Assembly (NCBI GenBank): GCA_049840735.1 | Contig: JASGJN010000004.1 | Location: 185,184 to 249,183 of the forward strand | Length of the DNA: 64,000 nucleotides | Direction: 5' to 3' | Origin: Anaeromyxobacter sp. | GTDB taxonomy: Bacteria > Myxococcota > Myxococcia > Myxococcales > Anaeromyxobacteraceae | Shown: positions 11,367 through 23,309 of the stretch, piece after piece | How the letters are laid out: every line of letters begins with the position of its first letter | How positions within the stretch are numbered: the stretch's first letter is position 1 | Notes under the pieces: model-generated | Told to the model about the DNA's origin: nothing | The model's database searches: none | Seen by the model: the letters and a program-made list of their open reading frames with translations, nothing else | Made by a program: the position numbers and the translations under genes

Positions 11367-13985
11367 ATGAAGCACGGAGCGTGGAAGACGCTGCTCGCCT
11401 GCATCGCCGGGGTTGCGATGCTGGGGGGCTGCGGCGACGACGAGAGCACGCCGGACTACCAGCTGCACGTCGCCTCGCCGGAATGGCAGGACCAGATCGT
11501 CTACTTCGTCATGACGGACCGGTTCGACGACGGCAACACCGGCAACGACGACCAGGGGGCCGGCGAGTTCGACCGGACCAGCAACGCCAAGTACAGCGGC
11601 GGCGACCTGGCCGGCGTCAAGAACCGGCTCGACTACATCAAGGGGCTGGGCGCCACGGCGGTCTGGATCACCCCGCCGGTCGCGAACCAGTGGTGGGATC
11701 CGCACGTCAACTACGGCGGCTACCACGGCTACTGGGCGCGTGACTTCATGTCGGTCGACAAGCACATGGGCTCGCTCGACGACTACAAGGCGCTCTCCGA
11801 CGCGCTCCACCGCAACAGCATGTACCTGATCCAGGACGTGGTCGTGAACCACATGGCCAACTGCTTCTGGTACGACGGGGACTACGACCCGCTGGACCCG
11901 ACGCTGCACGTGGTCACCAACGGCTCCGCCGCGCCGGCCTGCGGGCCGACCCGCGCGCCGTTCAACCAGTGGAACCCGCTCGACCCGGCGTCGCTCGCGG
12001 CCAAGGTCTTCCACTGGACCCCGTACATCTCCGACTACGCGAACCAGGACCAGGTCTGGAACTACCAGCTCTCCGACCTGGACGACCTCAACACCGAGAC
12101 CCCCGAGGTCGTGGCGGCGCTGAAGGAGCAGTACGCGTACTGGATCTCCACGGTGGGCGTGGACGCCTTCCGCGTGGACACGGCGTTCTACGTCCCGCAG
12201 GACTTCTTCAAGGCCTGGTACCACGACGCGGACGGCATCGACGCCGCCGCGAAGGCCACCGGCCGCGAGGGCTTCCTGGCCTTCGGCGAGGGCTACGCGT
12301 CCGACAATCCCTACGAGACCACGCAGCAGGAGCGGATCGAGTCCTACATGGTGGACGGCCAGGAGCCGGTCCTGCCCTCCATGATCAACTTCCCCATGTA
12401 CCGGACCGCCGGCGACGTCTTCGCCCGCGGGCACCCGACCGCCGAGCTGGGCCACCGCATGGCCTCGGCCGCGGCGCTCCACGGCGCGCGCTGGCACGTC
12501 ATGCCCAGCTTCCTCGACAACCACGACACCGACCGGTTCCTGGCCGGCGGCACGACGGTGGCGCTGCAGCAGGATCTGCTCTTCATGATGACCACCCCCG
12601 GCATCCCGGTCATCTACCAGGGCACCGAGCAGGGCTTCACCGAGCAGCGCGGGTCGATGTTCAAGGGCGGCTTCGGCTCCGGCAACCTCGATCACTTCGA
12701 CCCCACCCACCCGCTCTACCAGTACATCGCGCAGGTCGCGCAGCTCCGGAAGGCCAACCCGGTGCTGAGCCGCGGTGAGCCCACCGTCCTCAAGCAGACC
12801 TCGGGCGCCCCCGGCGCCTTCGTCTACAAGATGGAATACGCCCACGACGGCACCACCGAGACGGCGCTGGTCCTCTTCAACACCGCGGACGCCGAGGTGC
12901 TGGTCGACAACGCCGAGACCGGCCTGGCCGACGGCGCCGTGCTGCACCTGCTCTACTCGCTCAGGCCCGGCGCCACCGAGCTGGTGGCCGGCGCGGGCGG
13001 CAAGCTCACCCTGCCGCTGGGGGCGCGCGAGGCGCGCGTCTACCTCGCCACCGGCGCCACCACCACCGTCCCGACCCCTGGCCACCTGACGCTCACCATC
13101 CCCGGCGGCAGCGAGCAGTCCGGCGACTTCACCGTCAGCGGCACCACCGACGTGGCCGGCGTCGAGCAGGTCAAGATCGTGGTGGACGGCGACCTGGCCC
13201 ATTCGAAGAGCGCGAACGTCGTGGGCGGCGCCTTCTCCGCCACGGTGGACACCAGCGCCATGTTCGACGCGTCGGCGGTCCACACCGTCACCGCCTACAT
13301 CCGCACGGTCAACCTGGCCTCGGAGACCGCCACGTTCACCGTGGACCAGTCCTTCCACGAGCGGGTGAGCTACACCGACCCGACGGGTGACGACCTCGGG
13401 CCGGACGGCACGTACGCCTATCCGACCGACGCCTCGTGGGGGGACCACCGCCAGATGGACATCGAGGGCGTGCAGGTCCTCACCTCCGCCCGCACGCTCC
13501 GGCTGCGCGTGAAGACGCACGACGTGACCGACGACTGGAACCCGCAGAACGGCTTCGACCACGTCTGCTTCAGCGTCTTCATCGACCTGCCTGGCGTCAC
13601 CGGCGCCTCGGTGATGCCGCAGCAGTCCGGGCAGGTGCCGGACGGCTTCAACTGGGACTACAAGGCCCGCGTCCACGGCTGGTCCAACGCGCTCTTCTCC
13701 AGCGCGGGGGCCAGCGACACGGTCGAGGGCACCGCCAGCGCACCGGCCGCCATCGTGTCTGTCGAGCCGGAGGCCGACGTGATCCAGTTCACCTTCCTGC
13801 CCGCCGGCATCGGCAACCCGGCCACCCTGGACGGCGTGAAGATCTACATCACGACCTGGGACTACGACGGCGGGTTCCGCACCTTCACCGAGACGCCGCA
13901 GCCGTGGAACTTCTCCGGCGGCGTCGAGGGCACCGATCCGAAGGTGATGGACGACACCGCGGTGCTCACCATCACGAACGACTAG
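11367..13985 (+). CDS. GH13 alpha-amylase/pullulanase-family lipoprotein with C-terminal glucodextranase-like domain
   Basis: Lipobox LGGC; YFVMTDRFDDG, GYHGYW, DVVVNH, DAFRVDT, FLDNHD; C-terminal DPTGDDLGP...WNPQNGFD. Confidence 0.9.
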   Translation: MKHGAWKTLLACIAGVAMLGGCGDDESTPDYQLHVASPEWQDQIVYFVMTDRFDDGNTGNDDQGAGEFDRTSNAKYSGGDLAGVKNRLDYIKGLGATAVWITPPVANQWWDPHVNYGGYHGYWARDFMSVDKHMGSLDDYKALSDALHRNSMYLIQDVVVNHMANCFWYDGDYDPLDPTLHVVTNGSAAPACGPTRAPFNQWNPLDPASLAAKVFHWTPYISDYANQDQVWNYQLSDLDDLNTETPEVVAALKEQYAYWISTVGVDAFRVDTAFYVPQDFFKAWYHDADGIDAAAKATGREGFLAFGEGYASDNPYETTQQERIESYMVDGQEPVLPSMINFPMYRTAGDVFARGHPTAELGHRMASAAALHGARWHVMPSFLDNHDTDRFLAGGTTVALQQDLLFMMTTPGIPVIYQGTEQGFTEQRGSMFKGGFGSGNLDHFDPTHPLYQYIAQVAQLRKANPVLSRGEPTVLKQTSGAPGAFVYKMEYAHDGTTETALVLFNTADAEVLVDNAETGLADGAVLHLLYSLRPGATELVAGAGGKLTLPLGAREARVYLATGATTTVPTPGHLTLTIPGGSEQSGDFTVSGTTDVAGVEQVKIVVDGDLAHSKSANVVGGAFSATVDTSAMFDASAVHTVTAYIRTVNLASETATFTVDQSFHERVSYTDPTGDDLGPDGTYAYPTDASWGDHRQMDIEGVQVLTSARTLRLRVKTHDVTDDWNPQNGFDHVCFSVFIDLPGVTGASVMPQQSGQVPDGFNWDYKARVHGWSNALFSSAGASDTVEGTASAPAAIVSVEPEADVIQFTFLPAGIGNPATLDGVKIYITTWDYDGGFRTFTETPQPWNFSGGVEGTDPKVMDDTAVLTITND

Positions 13986-14075
13986 CCGCTCCCGCCAGCC
14001 TCCCCGCGTCCGCGCGGGGAGGCGCGCGGTGTCCGGGCGCCGGCCTCGCGAGGGGCCGGCGCTCGGCGCTTCCGG

Positions 14076-14126
14076 AGGGGTCGCGTCCTTCTACATTACA
14101 CTTTCGGACCCCGGAGCGGGCGGGCC
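14076..14126 (-). repeat. Junction motif copy 1 (diverged)
   Basis: Reverse complement ggcccgcccgctccggggTCCGAAAGTGTAATGTAGAAGGACGCGACCCCT matches 46296, 48649 and 50313. Confidence 0.85.
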
Positions 14127-14129
14127 TGC

Positions 14130-14340
14130 CGGCGGGACGGGGCGCGGGACGGGCCTGCCGGCGGGACGGGGCGCGGGGGGCCCTGCCCCCGCGCCGCGGG
14201 CGGTGGCGTGCGGACGGAGGGGGGTGGGGCTGGGGACGGGGAGCGGGGGAGAGGCGGGAGTGGGGTGGAGGGGAGCGGGGGAGCGGGGGAGTGGCGGGAG
14301 TGGGGTGGAGGGGAGCGGGTGCACAGCCGGGGGTGGGCGC
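14130..14340 (+). repeat. G-rich low-complexity/tandem repeat tract
   Basis: Duplicated units gggcctgccggcgggacggggcgcggg and gagcgggggag(a/t)ggcgggagtggggtggaggggagcggg; 14151-14208 matches 35223-35280 inverted. Confidence 0.75.
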
Positions 14341-14514
14341 GTGCGCCCTTCGAGTCAACTGAGAGTTACTTACTCCAGCGCGTGCGCCCTTGGAGGGAGC
14401 CGCGGGAGGGGGCGGGATTCACACAAGGCCGCCCTGGCGGCGCGAGAGCGTGACCATGTCAGCCCGAATCAAGATCGGGGCCGGGGTCGTCGGCGGTTCG
14501 TCGTGCCGTTGCGG

Positions 14515-15159
14515 TCACGTCCCGATGTAGCGCCCGGGCCTGTGGTTGAACGCAAGCACCAGGTTGAGCGCCACCACGCCCAGCACCGAGAGCACCAGCG
14601 TGAGCGGCGAGACCACGAAGGCCGAGGTGGTGACGATGGCCGCGTCGATCGCCATCTGGAACAGCCCCGCCCGCACGCCGTACCGCTCCTGGAGCCAGAG
14701 CGCGAGGATGTTGATCCCGCCCAGCGAGGCGCCGTGCCGGAACAGCACCAGCAGCCCCACGCCCACCAGGAAGCCGCCCATCAGCGCCGCGTAGACCGGC
14801 AGCACGCCCGCGATCCGCAGCACCGCGCCCAGGTGGTCCGAGGCCACCGAGACCAGCACCACCGCCAGGAAGGTCCGGACGGTGAACCGCCAGCCCTTGC
14901 GCCGGATGGCCAGCCAGAAGAAGGGCAGGTTGAGCGCGGTGAAGAGCTGCCCGAACGAGAGCGGCGTCAGGCGCGAGAGCAGGAGCGCCAGGCCCGCCGT
15001 GCCGCCCATCACGAGCCGGGCCTCGTGCAGCAGGCCCACCCCGAGCGAGATGAACGCGGTCGCGGTGACGAGCGCCTGCAGGTCGTCCAGGTGGGTGTGT
15101 CGGACAGCCAGCGGGGGCAGGTCGTCCGGACGGTCGGCGGCGGGGGTGGGCTGGCTCAT
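14515..15159 (-). CDS. YitT family membrane protein
   Basis: GGTAGLALL, NLPFF, FRHGASLGGINILA, NHRPGRY. Confidence 0.88.
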   Translation of the reverse strand: MSQPTPAADRPDDLPPLAVRHTHLDDLQALVTATAFISLGVGLLHEARLVMGGTAGLALLLSRLTPLSFGQLFTALNLPFFWLAIRRKGWRFTVRTFLAVVLVSVASDHLGAVLRIAGVLPVYAALMGGFLVGVGLLVLFRHGASLGGINILALWLQERYGVRAGLFQMAIDAAIVTTSAFVVSPLTLVLSVLGVVALNLVLAFNHRPGRYIGT

Positions 15160-15404
15160 GCTGGCTCCGGGGGCGCGGAGAAGAGCACGGACCGGGTGCG
15201 GAGGTCACCCCCCTTTGTGACCGGCACGCCGGCGTCGCTGGACCCGGTGCGGCGGGCGTCCTGCCGGCCACCGAACCGGCCGTCAACAGGGCTGGTTTGC
15301 AGGGTCACGCACACACCGTCCGTCCCCGGCGCTCCCCCATTCGAGCGCGTCCAGAGGCGCCACTCCGCGCTTCCTGCCGTCGCCGGGATCCGGTACGCTC
15401 GATT

Positions 15405-15425
15405 TTAGTCAGTTTCTTGGACTAA
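15405..15425. promoter_or_regulatory. Putative XylR (ROK) operator
   Basis: AT-rich palindrome TTAGTC-N9-GACTAA upstream of the sugar operon; matches 26255-26275. Confidence 0.7.
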
Positions 15426-15589
15426 TTCCGGCGGGTAGGCCTGGTCCCACCCGCCGTGAACCCGGCACGGAGCGGAACGGGGCACCGGATCCGGCGGTCG
15501 GCGGCACCGGCTCACCCACGTCCACGCGACCCGCGACCGGCTTCGACTGGCGGCCCCACCGCGGCGGCCGCATGCGGAAGGAGCGGGAC

Positions 15590-16763
15590 ATGATCGAGGG
15601 CGGGTCCTCCCAGGGAGCGGGCGCCGGGCTGCGGTACGGGATGATCGGCGGCGGCCAGGGCGCCTTCATCGGCGACGTGCACCGCAAGGCCATCGCGCTG
15701 GACGGCGGCGCCACGCTGGCCGCCGGCTGCTTCTCGCAGTCCCACGAGAACACGCTCGCCACCGGCCGCGCGCTGGGGCTGGACGGGCAACGGCTCTACC
15801 GCTCGTTCGAGGAGATGGCCGAGGCCGAGGCGCGCCGCCAGGACGGCGTGGACTTCGTCGTCATCGTCACGCCCAACGGGCTCCACCACCCGGCCGCGAA
15901 GGCCTTCCTCACGCGCGGGATCCACGTGGTCTGCGACAAGCCGCTGACCTTCGAGGTGGCCGAGGCCGAGGAGCTGGCCGCGCTGGCGAAGAAGAAGGAC
16001 CTGCTCTTCTGCGTCACGTACACGTACACCGGCTACCCGACCGCCAAGCACGTGCGCGAGCTGATCGCCCGCGGCGACCTGGGGGAGCTGCGCTTCGTGA
16101 ACGCCGAGTACGCGCAGGAGTGGCTGGCCACGCCGCTGGAGCGCGAGGGGCAGAAGCAGGCGGCCTGGCGCGGCGACCCGAAGAAGTCGGGCAAGTCCAA
16201 CTGCGTGGGCGACATCGGCAGCCACGTCGAGAACATGGTGGCCTACATGACCGGGCTCCGGATCACCCGGCTCTGCGCCCGGCTGGACACCTTCGTGCCC
16301 GGCCGGCTGCTCGACGACAACGCGTCCATCCTGGTCGAGTACGGCGGCGGCGCGAAGGGGCTCTACTGGGCCTCGCAGATCGCGGTGGGCAAGGACAACG
16401 GCCTGCGGGTCCGCATCTACGGCTCCAAGGGCGCCATCGAGTGGGCGCAGGAGGACCCCAACTACCTCCGCTTCTCGCGCCTGGGGCAGCCCACCCAGAA
16501 TCCTCTCCCGCGGCCGCGACGCGCTCTACCCGCACGCGCAGGCCTACTCGCGCATCCCGTCCGGCCACCCCGAGGGCTACTTCGAGGCCTTCGCCAACAT
16601 CTACCGGACCTTCACCCACGCGCTCTCGAAGCGGAAGGCCGGCGCCCCGCTGACCGAGGCCGAGCTGGACTTCCCCGGCGTCGAGGAGGGGATCGCCGGC
16701 GTCCGCTTCATCGGCAAGTGCGTGGAGAGCTCGCAGCAGGGCGCGGTCTGGGTGGACCTGTAG
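15590..16763 (+). CDS. Gfo/Idh/MocA oxidoreductase (apparent frameshift at 16498-16502)
   Basis: GMIGGGQGAFIG, CDKPL, GDIGSH; after correction QILSRG...PSGHPEGYFEAFANIY. Confidence 0.88.
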
Positions 16764-16835
16764 CCCCTACCTTGAACCCGGAACCGGGGGCCCGGCCCGC
16801 GGGCCCGCCCCAGGACACGAACAAAGGAGCCGACC

Positions 16836-17831
<996 letters not shown>

Positions 17832-17844
17832 GCGTGAGAACCGG

Positions 17845-19346
17845 ATGCCCGGGGCCCTGATCCAGACCGAGGGGATCTCCAAGGAGTTCTCGTCCGTGCG
17901 GGTGCTCGATCGCATCTCGATCGAGGTCCGCACGGGCGAGATCCTGGGCATCATCGGCGAGAACGGCGCCGGCAAGTCCACCCTGCTCAAGAATCCTCTC
18001 CGGCATCTACACGCCGACCGAGGGCCGGGTGCTGCTGGACGGCCGCGAGGTGCACCTGCGCACCCCCGGCGACGCGCAGCGGCTGGGCATCTGCCTCATC
18101 CCGCAGGAGTTCAACCTCGTCGGCGACCTGAACGTCTACGAGAACGTCTTCCTCGGGCGCGAGCTGCGGCGCCCCTCCGGCCTGCTCGACAAGGCGGCCA
18201 TGATCCGCCGCACCGCCGAGCTGCTGCGCGGGCTGGAGCTGCAGATCGACCCCACCGCGCGGATCGCCGCGCTCAACGTGGCGCAGAAGCAGATGGTGGA
18301 GATCGCCAAGGCGCTGGCCTTCGACGCCCGGCTGCTGATCCTGGACGAGCCCACCACCGTGCTCACGCGGCACGAGATCGACCTGCTCTTCGAGCAGATG
18401 CGGGCGCTCCAGGCCCGCGGCGTGACGATGATCTACATCTCCCACAAGCTGCGGGAGGTGCGCGAGAATCTGCGACCGGGTGATGGTGCTGCGCGACGGG
18501 CAGTACATCTGCCTGGAGGAGATCGCGGCGCTGCCGGTGGACGAGATGGTGCGCCGCATGGTGGGGCGCGAGCTCACCCAGATCTTCCCGCCGAAGCGGA
18601 CGGAGCTCGGCGAGGTGGCGCTGGAGGTGGAGGGGCTCACCGTCCCGGGCGTCCTCCAGGACGTGACCTTCCGGCTCCACCGCGGCGAGATCCTGGGCTT
18701 CGCCGGCCTGGGCGGCTCCGGGCGGACCGAGGTGGCGGAGACCATCCTCGGCGTGCGGCGCGCCTCGCGCGGACGGATCCGCGTGGACGGCGAGCAGGTG
18801 CACATCCACGGCCCCGGCGACGCGGTGGCGGCCGGCATCGGCTATCTCTCCGAGGATCGCCAGGGCTCGGGCATCCTCACGGGCCACTCCGTGGCCAAGA
18901 ACGTCACGCTGGTCTCGCTGGGGAAGTACCTGCGCGCCGGCTTCATCGACGGCCGCCGCGAGCGGCAGGCGGTCCAGGAGCACGTGCACCGCTTCTCCAT
19001 CCGGGCGCCGGGCCTGGACACCTCGCTGGAGTTCCTGTCTGGCGGCAACCAGCAGAAGGTCTCGCTGGCCAAGGTCCTGGACGCCGAGCCGCGGGTGCTG
19101 ATCCTGGACGAGCCCACCCGCGGCGTGGACGTGGGCGCCAAGCGCGACATCTACCGGTTCGTGCACGGCCTGGCCGAGGCCGGCCTGGCCTGCCTCTTCA
19201 TCTCCTCCGAGCTGGAGGAGGTCATCGGCATGTGCTCGCGCGTGCTGGTGATGAAGGAGGGGCGGCTGGTGGGCCAGGTCCAGGGCGACCGGATCACCGA
19301 GGAGGAGATCATGTTCTTCGCCACGGGCGTGAAGGAGGGGGCCTGA
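17845..19346 (+). CDS. Monosaccharide ABC transporter ATP-binding protein, RbsA-like (apparent frameshifts at 17991 and 18466)
   Basis: GENGAGKST, LILDEPT, ISHKL, LSGGNQQK, DEPTRGVDVGAK across three frames. Confidence 0.88.
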
Positions 19347-19347
19347 C

Positions 19348-20334
19348 ATGGCCGTCGCCCTCCCCGCCCTCCGCGCGCCGCTCGTGAACCGGCTCCGGAG
19401 CTACAACTACGCCCCGCTCATCGCGCTGGTGGTGCTGTTCGTCATCTCCGCCCTGCTCAGCCCGGTGTTCCTGCAGCCCGGCAACCTCCTCAACATCGTC
19501 CGCCAGGTCTCCTACTCGGGCATCGTCGCCCTGGGCATGACCTTCGTCATCATCTCCGGAGGGATCGACCTCTCGGTCGGTTCGATGATGGCCTGGGTGG
19601 GCGCCCTCTCCGTCGCGTTCCTCAACTACGCCCTGGCCGCGCCGTGGGCGGGAGGCGAGACCGGCGCCATCGCGCTGGCGACGGTCGTGGCGCTGGGGCT
19701 GGGCGCGGTGATGGGGCTCGCCAACGGGCTCGTGATCACCAAGGCCGGCATGGCGCCGTTCATCGTGACGCTGGGCACCATGGCCATCTACCGCTCGCAG
19801 GCGCTCTACTACGGTGAGGCCGGCGAGATCCGCTCGGAGAGCCCGCTCTACGGCGAGCTGGGCATGAGCTCGGTGCTGGCCATCCCCACGCCGATCTGGG
19901 TCTTCGTGCTCCTCGCGCTGGGGCTCAACCTGCTGCTCAACAACACCCGCTACGGGCGCCACCTCTGCGCGGTGGGCTCCAACGAGAAGGTGGCCCGCTA
20001 CGCCGCCATCGGCGTGGACCGGGTCCGGACCTGGGCCTACGTGATCGTCGGGATGATGGTGGGCGTCTCCAGCGTGCTGCTCTCGGCCCGGATCAACTCC
20101 ACCTCCACCACCAACTTCGGCGTGGGCTACGAGCTGGACGCCATCGCGGCCGTGGCCATCGGCGGCACGCCCATGAGCGGCGGCCGCGGGTCGATCTGGG
20201 GCACGCTCATCGGCGCCATCATCCTCGGGATCATCAACAACATGCTCAACATGATGGGCGTCTCGCCCTACCTGCAGGGCACGGTCAAGGGGGCCGTCAT
20301 CATCGCGGCCGTCCTCATCCAGAAGAAGCTGTAG
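19348..20334 (+). CDS. Monosaccharide ABC transporter permease (RbsC-like)
   Basis: GGIDLSVGS, PFIVTLG, YELDAIAAVAIGGT. Confidence 0.92.
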   Translation: MAVALPALRAPLVNRLRSYNYAPLIALVVLFVISALLSPVFLQPGNLLNIVRQVSYSGIVALGMTFVIISGGIDLSVGSMMAWVGALSVAFLNYALAAPWAGGETGAIALATVVALGLGAVMGLANGLVITKAGMAPFIVTLGTMAIYRSQALYYGEAGEIRSESPLYGELGMSSVLAIPTPIWVFVLLALGLNLLLNNTRYGRHLCAVGSNEKVARYAAIGVDRVRTWAYVIVGMMVGVSSVLLSARINSTSTTNFGVGYELDAIAAVAIGGTPMSGGRGSIWGTLIGAIILGIINNMLNMMGVSPYLQGTVKGAVIIAAVLIQKKL

Positions 20335-20413
20335 TCGTCACAGGGGTGCAGCACCGGGCCGGGCCCGAGCCCGCCTCCGGATCCGTTCCAGGGAGACACA
20401 CAAGGGAGAGGTC

Positions 20414-21377
20414 ATGAAGAAGCTACTGCTCGCTCTGCTCGCAGCGCTGCTCATTCCGACCTTCGCGTCCGCGCAGGCCAAGGTGAAGATCGGCGTCTCC
20501 ATCCCGACGGCCGACCACGGCTGGACGGGCGGCATCAACTGGTGGGCGAAGAAGGCCATCGCCGACTGGCAGGCAAAGGACAAGAACGTCGAGTTCTACC
20601 TGGTCACCGCCTCCGACCCGCAGAAGCAGGTCAACGACGTCGAGGACCTGATGCAGAAGGGCATCAACGCCCTGGTGATCCTGGCGCACGACTCCGCGCC
20701 GCTCACCCCCATCGTGAAGAAGGCCTACGAGAAGGGCATCTACGTGGTCTCGGTGGACCGCGGCCTGACCGAGAAGGCCGAGAACGTCTACATCGCCGGC
20801 GACAACCCGGGCCTGGGCCGCGTCTCCGGCGAGTGGCTGGGCGCGGCGATGGGCGGCAAGGGCAACGTGGTGGTGCTCGAGGGCATCCCCTGCGTGATCA
20901 ACACCGAGCGCGTGGAGGGGTTCAAGCAGGTGATGGCCAAGAAGTACCCGGGCGTGAAGATCCTCGACTCGCAGCCGGCCTACTGGGACACGCAGAAGGG
21001 GCTGCAGATCATGGAGAACTACCTGCAGAAGTACAAGCAGATCGACGCCGTGTGGGCGCAGGACGACGACGTCCTCATCGGCGTGCTGCAGGCCATCAAG
21101 GAGTCCGGCCGCAAGGACATCAAGAATCGCCCTGGGCGGCGCCGGCTCCAAGATCATGATCAAGAAGGTGATGGACGGTGACCAGCTGGTCCGCGCCGAC
21201 GTCACCTACCCGCCGTCGATGATCGCCACCGGCATCAGCCTGGCGGTGAACGGCGCCCAGAACAAGAAGCTGGACGGCTTCTACCAGCAGAAGGTCCCGT
21301 CCAAGATCGTCCTCGCGGCCGAGCTCATCACCAAGGAGAACGCGAAGGACTACTACGTGCCCGACGCGATCTTCTAG
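20414..21377 (+). CDS. Sugar ABC transporter substrate-binding protein (apparent frameshift at 21124)
   Basis: Signal peptide; IPTADHGW, VSVDR, AGDN, AQDDD; after correction KIALGGAGSK...DVTYPPSM. Confidence 0.88.
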
Positions 21378-21594
21378 CCGGGATCGCGCTGGTGCACAGG
21401 CGCCGCGCGGTCGCCCCGGCCGCAGCGGCCCGGAGGCCGCCTCCTCCCCGGAGGCGGCCTCCTTCGCGTCGAGGGGCGCTCATCGCTCTCGGCCCTGATC
21501 GAGTCGGGCGCGGCGTGCAGCGCCTGAAGCACGAAAGGGCCAGCCCGCCACGCGGACCGACCCTTCGTCGAGACCCCTGCAGCGCCTGCGTCTC

Positions 21595-21780
21595 TTACTG
21601 ACCCGCCGCCTCGCTCCAGGCCGCGCGGCGTGCCGCGACGGTCTGCAGCTGGTTGACCCGAGCAGTGGCCCTGAGGAGCACCACCATCACAGGGGCGGCG
21701 AGGACGGACGTCGCCGTCCAGATGACACCGACCCAGGCCAGACTCGACGCGAACGCTGCCATGGTTTCATGTGACAGCAA
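21595..21780 (-). CDS. Small single-TM hypothetical protein
   Basis: 61-aa ORF with one hydrophobic stretch; RBS-like AAGGA. Confidence 0.35.
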   Translation of the reverse strand: MLSHETMAAFASSLAWVGVIWTATSVLAAPVMVVLLRATARVNQLQTVAARRAAWSEAAGQ

Positions 21781-21987
21781 GATCCGATCCTTCCGCGTCC
21801 TGCGTGGGAACCGAGGATCTACGAGCTCTTACGTCAGCATAGGCACGACCATGTACCGGGTACAGGGTACACCCGGGTAGCTACTTACCCCCGATCTTTC
21901 TACCCGTGCCCCCTTTTGGACACCCCGTTGACACTGCCTCGCCTCGGGCCATGCACCAGCCGTGAAGGGCTCGGGGCTCCAGCCCGA

Positions 21988-23064
21988 TCAGCCGCGCCCC
22001 TCGACGCCGAACCGGTACACGGTGGTGGTGGCGTACCGCTCCCCCGGGCGGAGGATGGTGGACGGGAAGCCGGGCTGGTTGGGCGAGTCCGGGAAGTGCT
22101 GGGTCTCGAGGCAGAACCCGGTCCGCCGTCCGTAGGCGCGACCGCGCTTGCCGCTGATGGAGCCGTCGAGGAAGTTGCCCGAGTAGAACTGCACGCCCGG
22201 CTCGGTGGTGAAGACCTCCAGCACGCGCCCGGAGCGCGGGGCGAAGACGCGCGCCGCCGGGGCCAGCGCGGGCGCACCGCGCACCAGGATCCAGTTGTGG
22301 TCGTACCCGCCGGCCAGCTGCAGCTGCGGGTGATCGGCGTCGATGGCGTCGCCGATGCGGCGGGGCTGGGAGAAGTCGAAGGGCGAGCCGGCCACCGGCT
22401 CCAGCGCGCCGGTGGGGATGAGCCCCGGGCCGACGGCGGTGATGTGGCGGGCGTGGAGCTGGAGCACGTGGGCCAGGACGTCGCCGCTCCCCTCCCCCTC
22501 GAGGTTGAAGTAGCCGTGGTGGGTCAGGTTCACCGGGGTGGGCCGGTCGGTGGTGGCCTCGTAGCTGAAGCTGAGCGTGCCGTCGGCGCCCAGCGCCACC
22601 GTCACCCCTACCACCAGCCGGCCCGGGAAGCCGCCGTCGCCGTCCGGGCTCTGCAGCCGCAGCTCCAGCGCCGCGACGTCACCGGTCGTGAACGGCCGCG
22701 CCTCCCAGACCGCCTTGTCGAAGCCGCGCGGGCCGCCGTGCAGCTGGTTCCCGCCGTCGTTGAGGGGCAGCTGGTACACCTGGCCGTCGAGCAGGAACCG
22801 GCCCTGGCCGATCCGGTTGCCGTAGCGGCCGATCAGGGCGCCCAGGTAGGAGCGGTCGGTCCGGTAGCCATCGAGCGTCGGGTACCCGAGCACCACGTCG
22901 TCAAGCCGCCCGTCGCGATCCGGCGCGCGCAGCGACACCACCGCGCCGCCGAAGGTGGACACCTCCGCCGCGAGGCCGCCCGCCTCGAGCGTGTACAGGT
23001 CGACGGCGGTGCCGTCGGGCAGGGTTCCGTGGGGACGCCGCTCCAGGGTCGGTCGCTGGGCCAT
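21988..23064 (-). CDS. galM: Aldose 1-epimerase (mutarotase)
   Basis: GRYGNRI, LHGG, NLTHHGYFNL, GYDHN, GFCLETQHFPDSPN. Confidence 0.93.
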   Translation of the reverse strand: MAQRPTLERRPHGTLPDGTAVDLYTLEAGGLAAEVSTFGGAVVSLRAPDRDGRLDDVVLGYPTLDGYRTDRSYLGALIGRYGNRIGQGRFLLDGQVYQLPLNDGGNQLHGGPRGFDKAVWEARPFTTGDVAALELRLQSPDGDGGFPGRLVVGVTVALGADGTLSFSYEATTDRPTPVNLTHHGYFNLEGEGSGDVLAHVLQLHARHITAVGPGLIPTGALEPVAGSPFDFSQPRRIGDAIDADHPQLQLAGGYDHNWILVRGAPALAPAARVFAPRSGRVLEVFTTEPGVQFYSGNFLDGSISGKRGRAYGRRTGFCLETQHFPDSPNQPGFPSTILRPGERYATTTVYRFGVEGRG

Positions 23065-23130
23065 GCCGCACTCTCGATCGGCTCGGGCACCCCGCCAACT
23101 TCCTGGCGGGGTGCCCGCGGCCGCGACGGT

Positions 23131-23289
23131 TGAAGCGGGGGGCTGCGCCCCCCGCCCCGCCGGCAAAGCCGTCGGGGCCCCACCCCCTGCCACGCTGGGT
23201 CCCAGCGCGCTGCGGCCTCCGGCCTTGCGCGCGACCCAGCGCCGAGGGGCTTCGCCCCTCCCCCGGCCACATGCCGGGGCCCCCACCCC
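23131..23289 (+). repeat. ~155-bp dispersed intergenic repeat, copy 2
   Basis: Nearly identical to 2211-2366; lies between xylA and galM. Confidence 0.85.
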
Positions 23290-23309
23290 GCCCCGCTCCG
23301 ATCGCCCGC

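Noticed and set aside
15160..15310. Riboswitch upstream of yitT
   Set aside because: Hairpins are present (ggtcac...gtgacc) but no recognisable aptamer consensus; expected by chance at this GC
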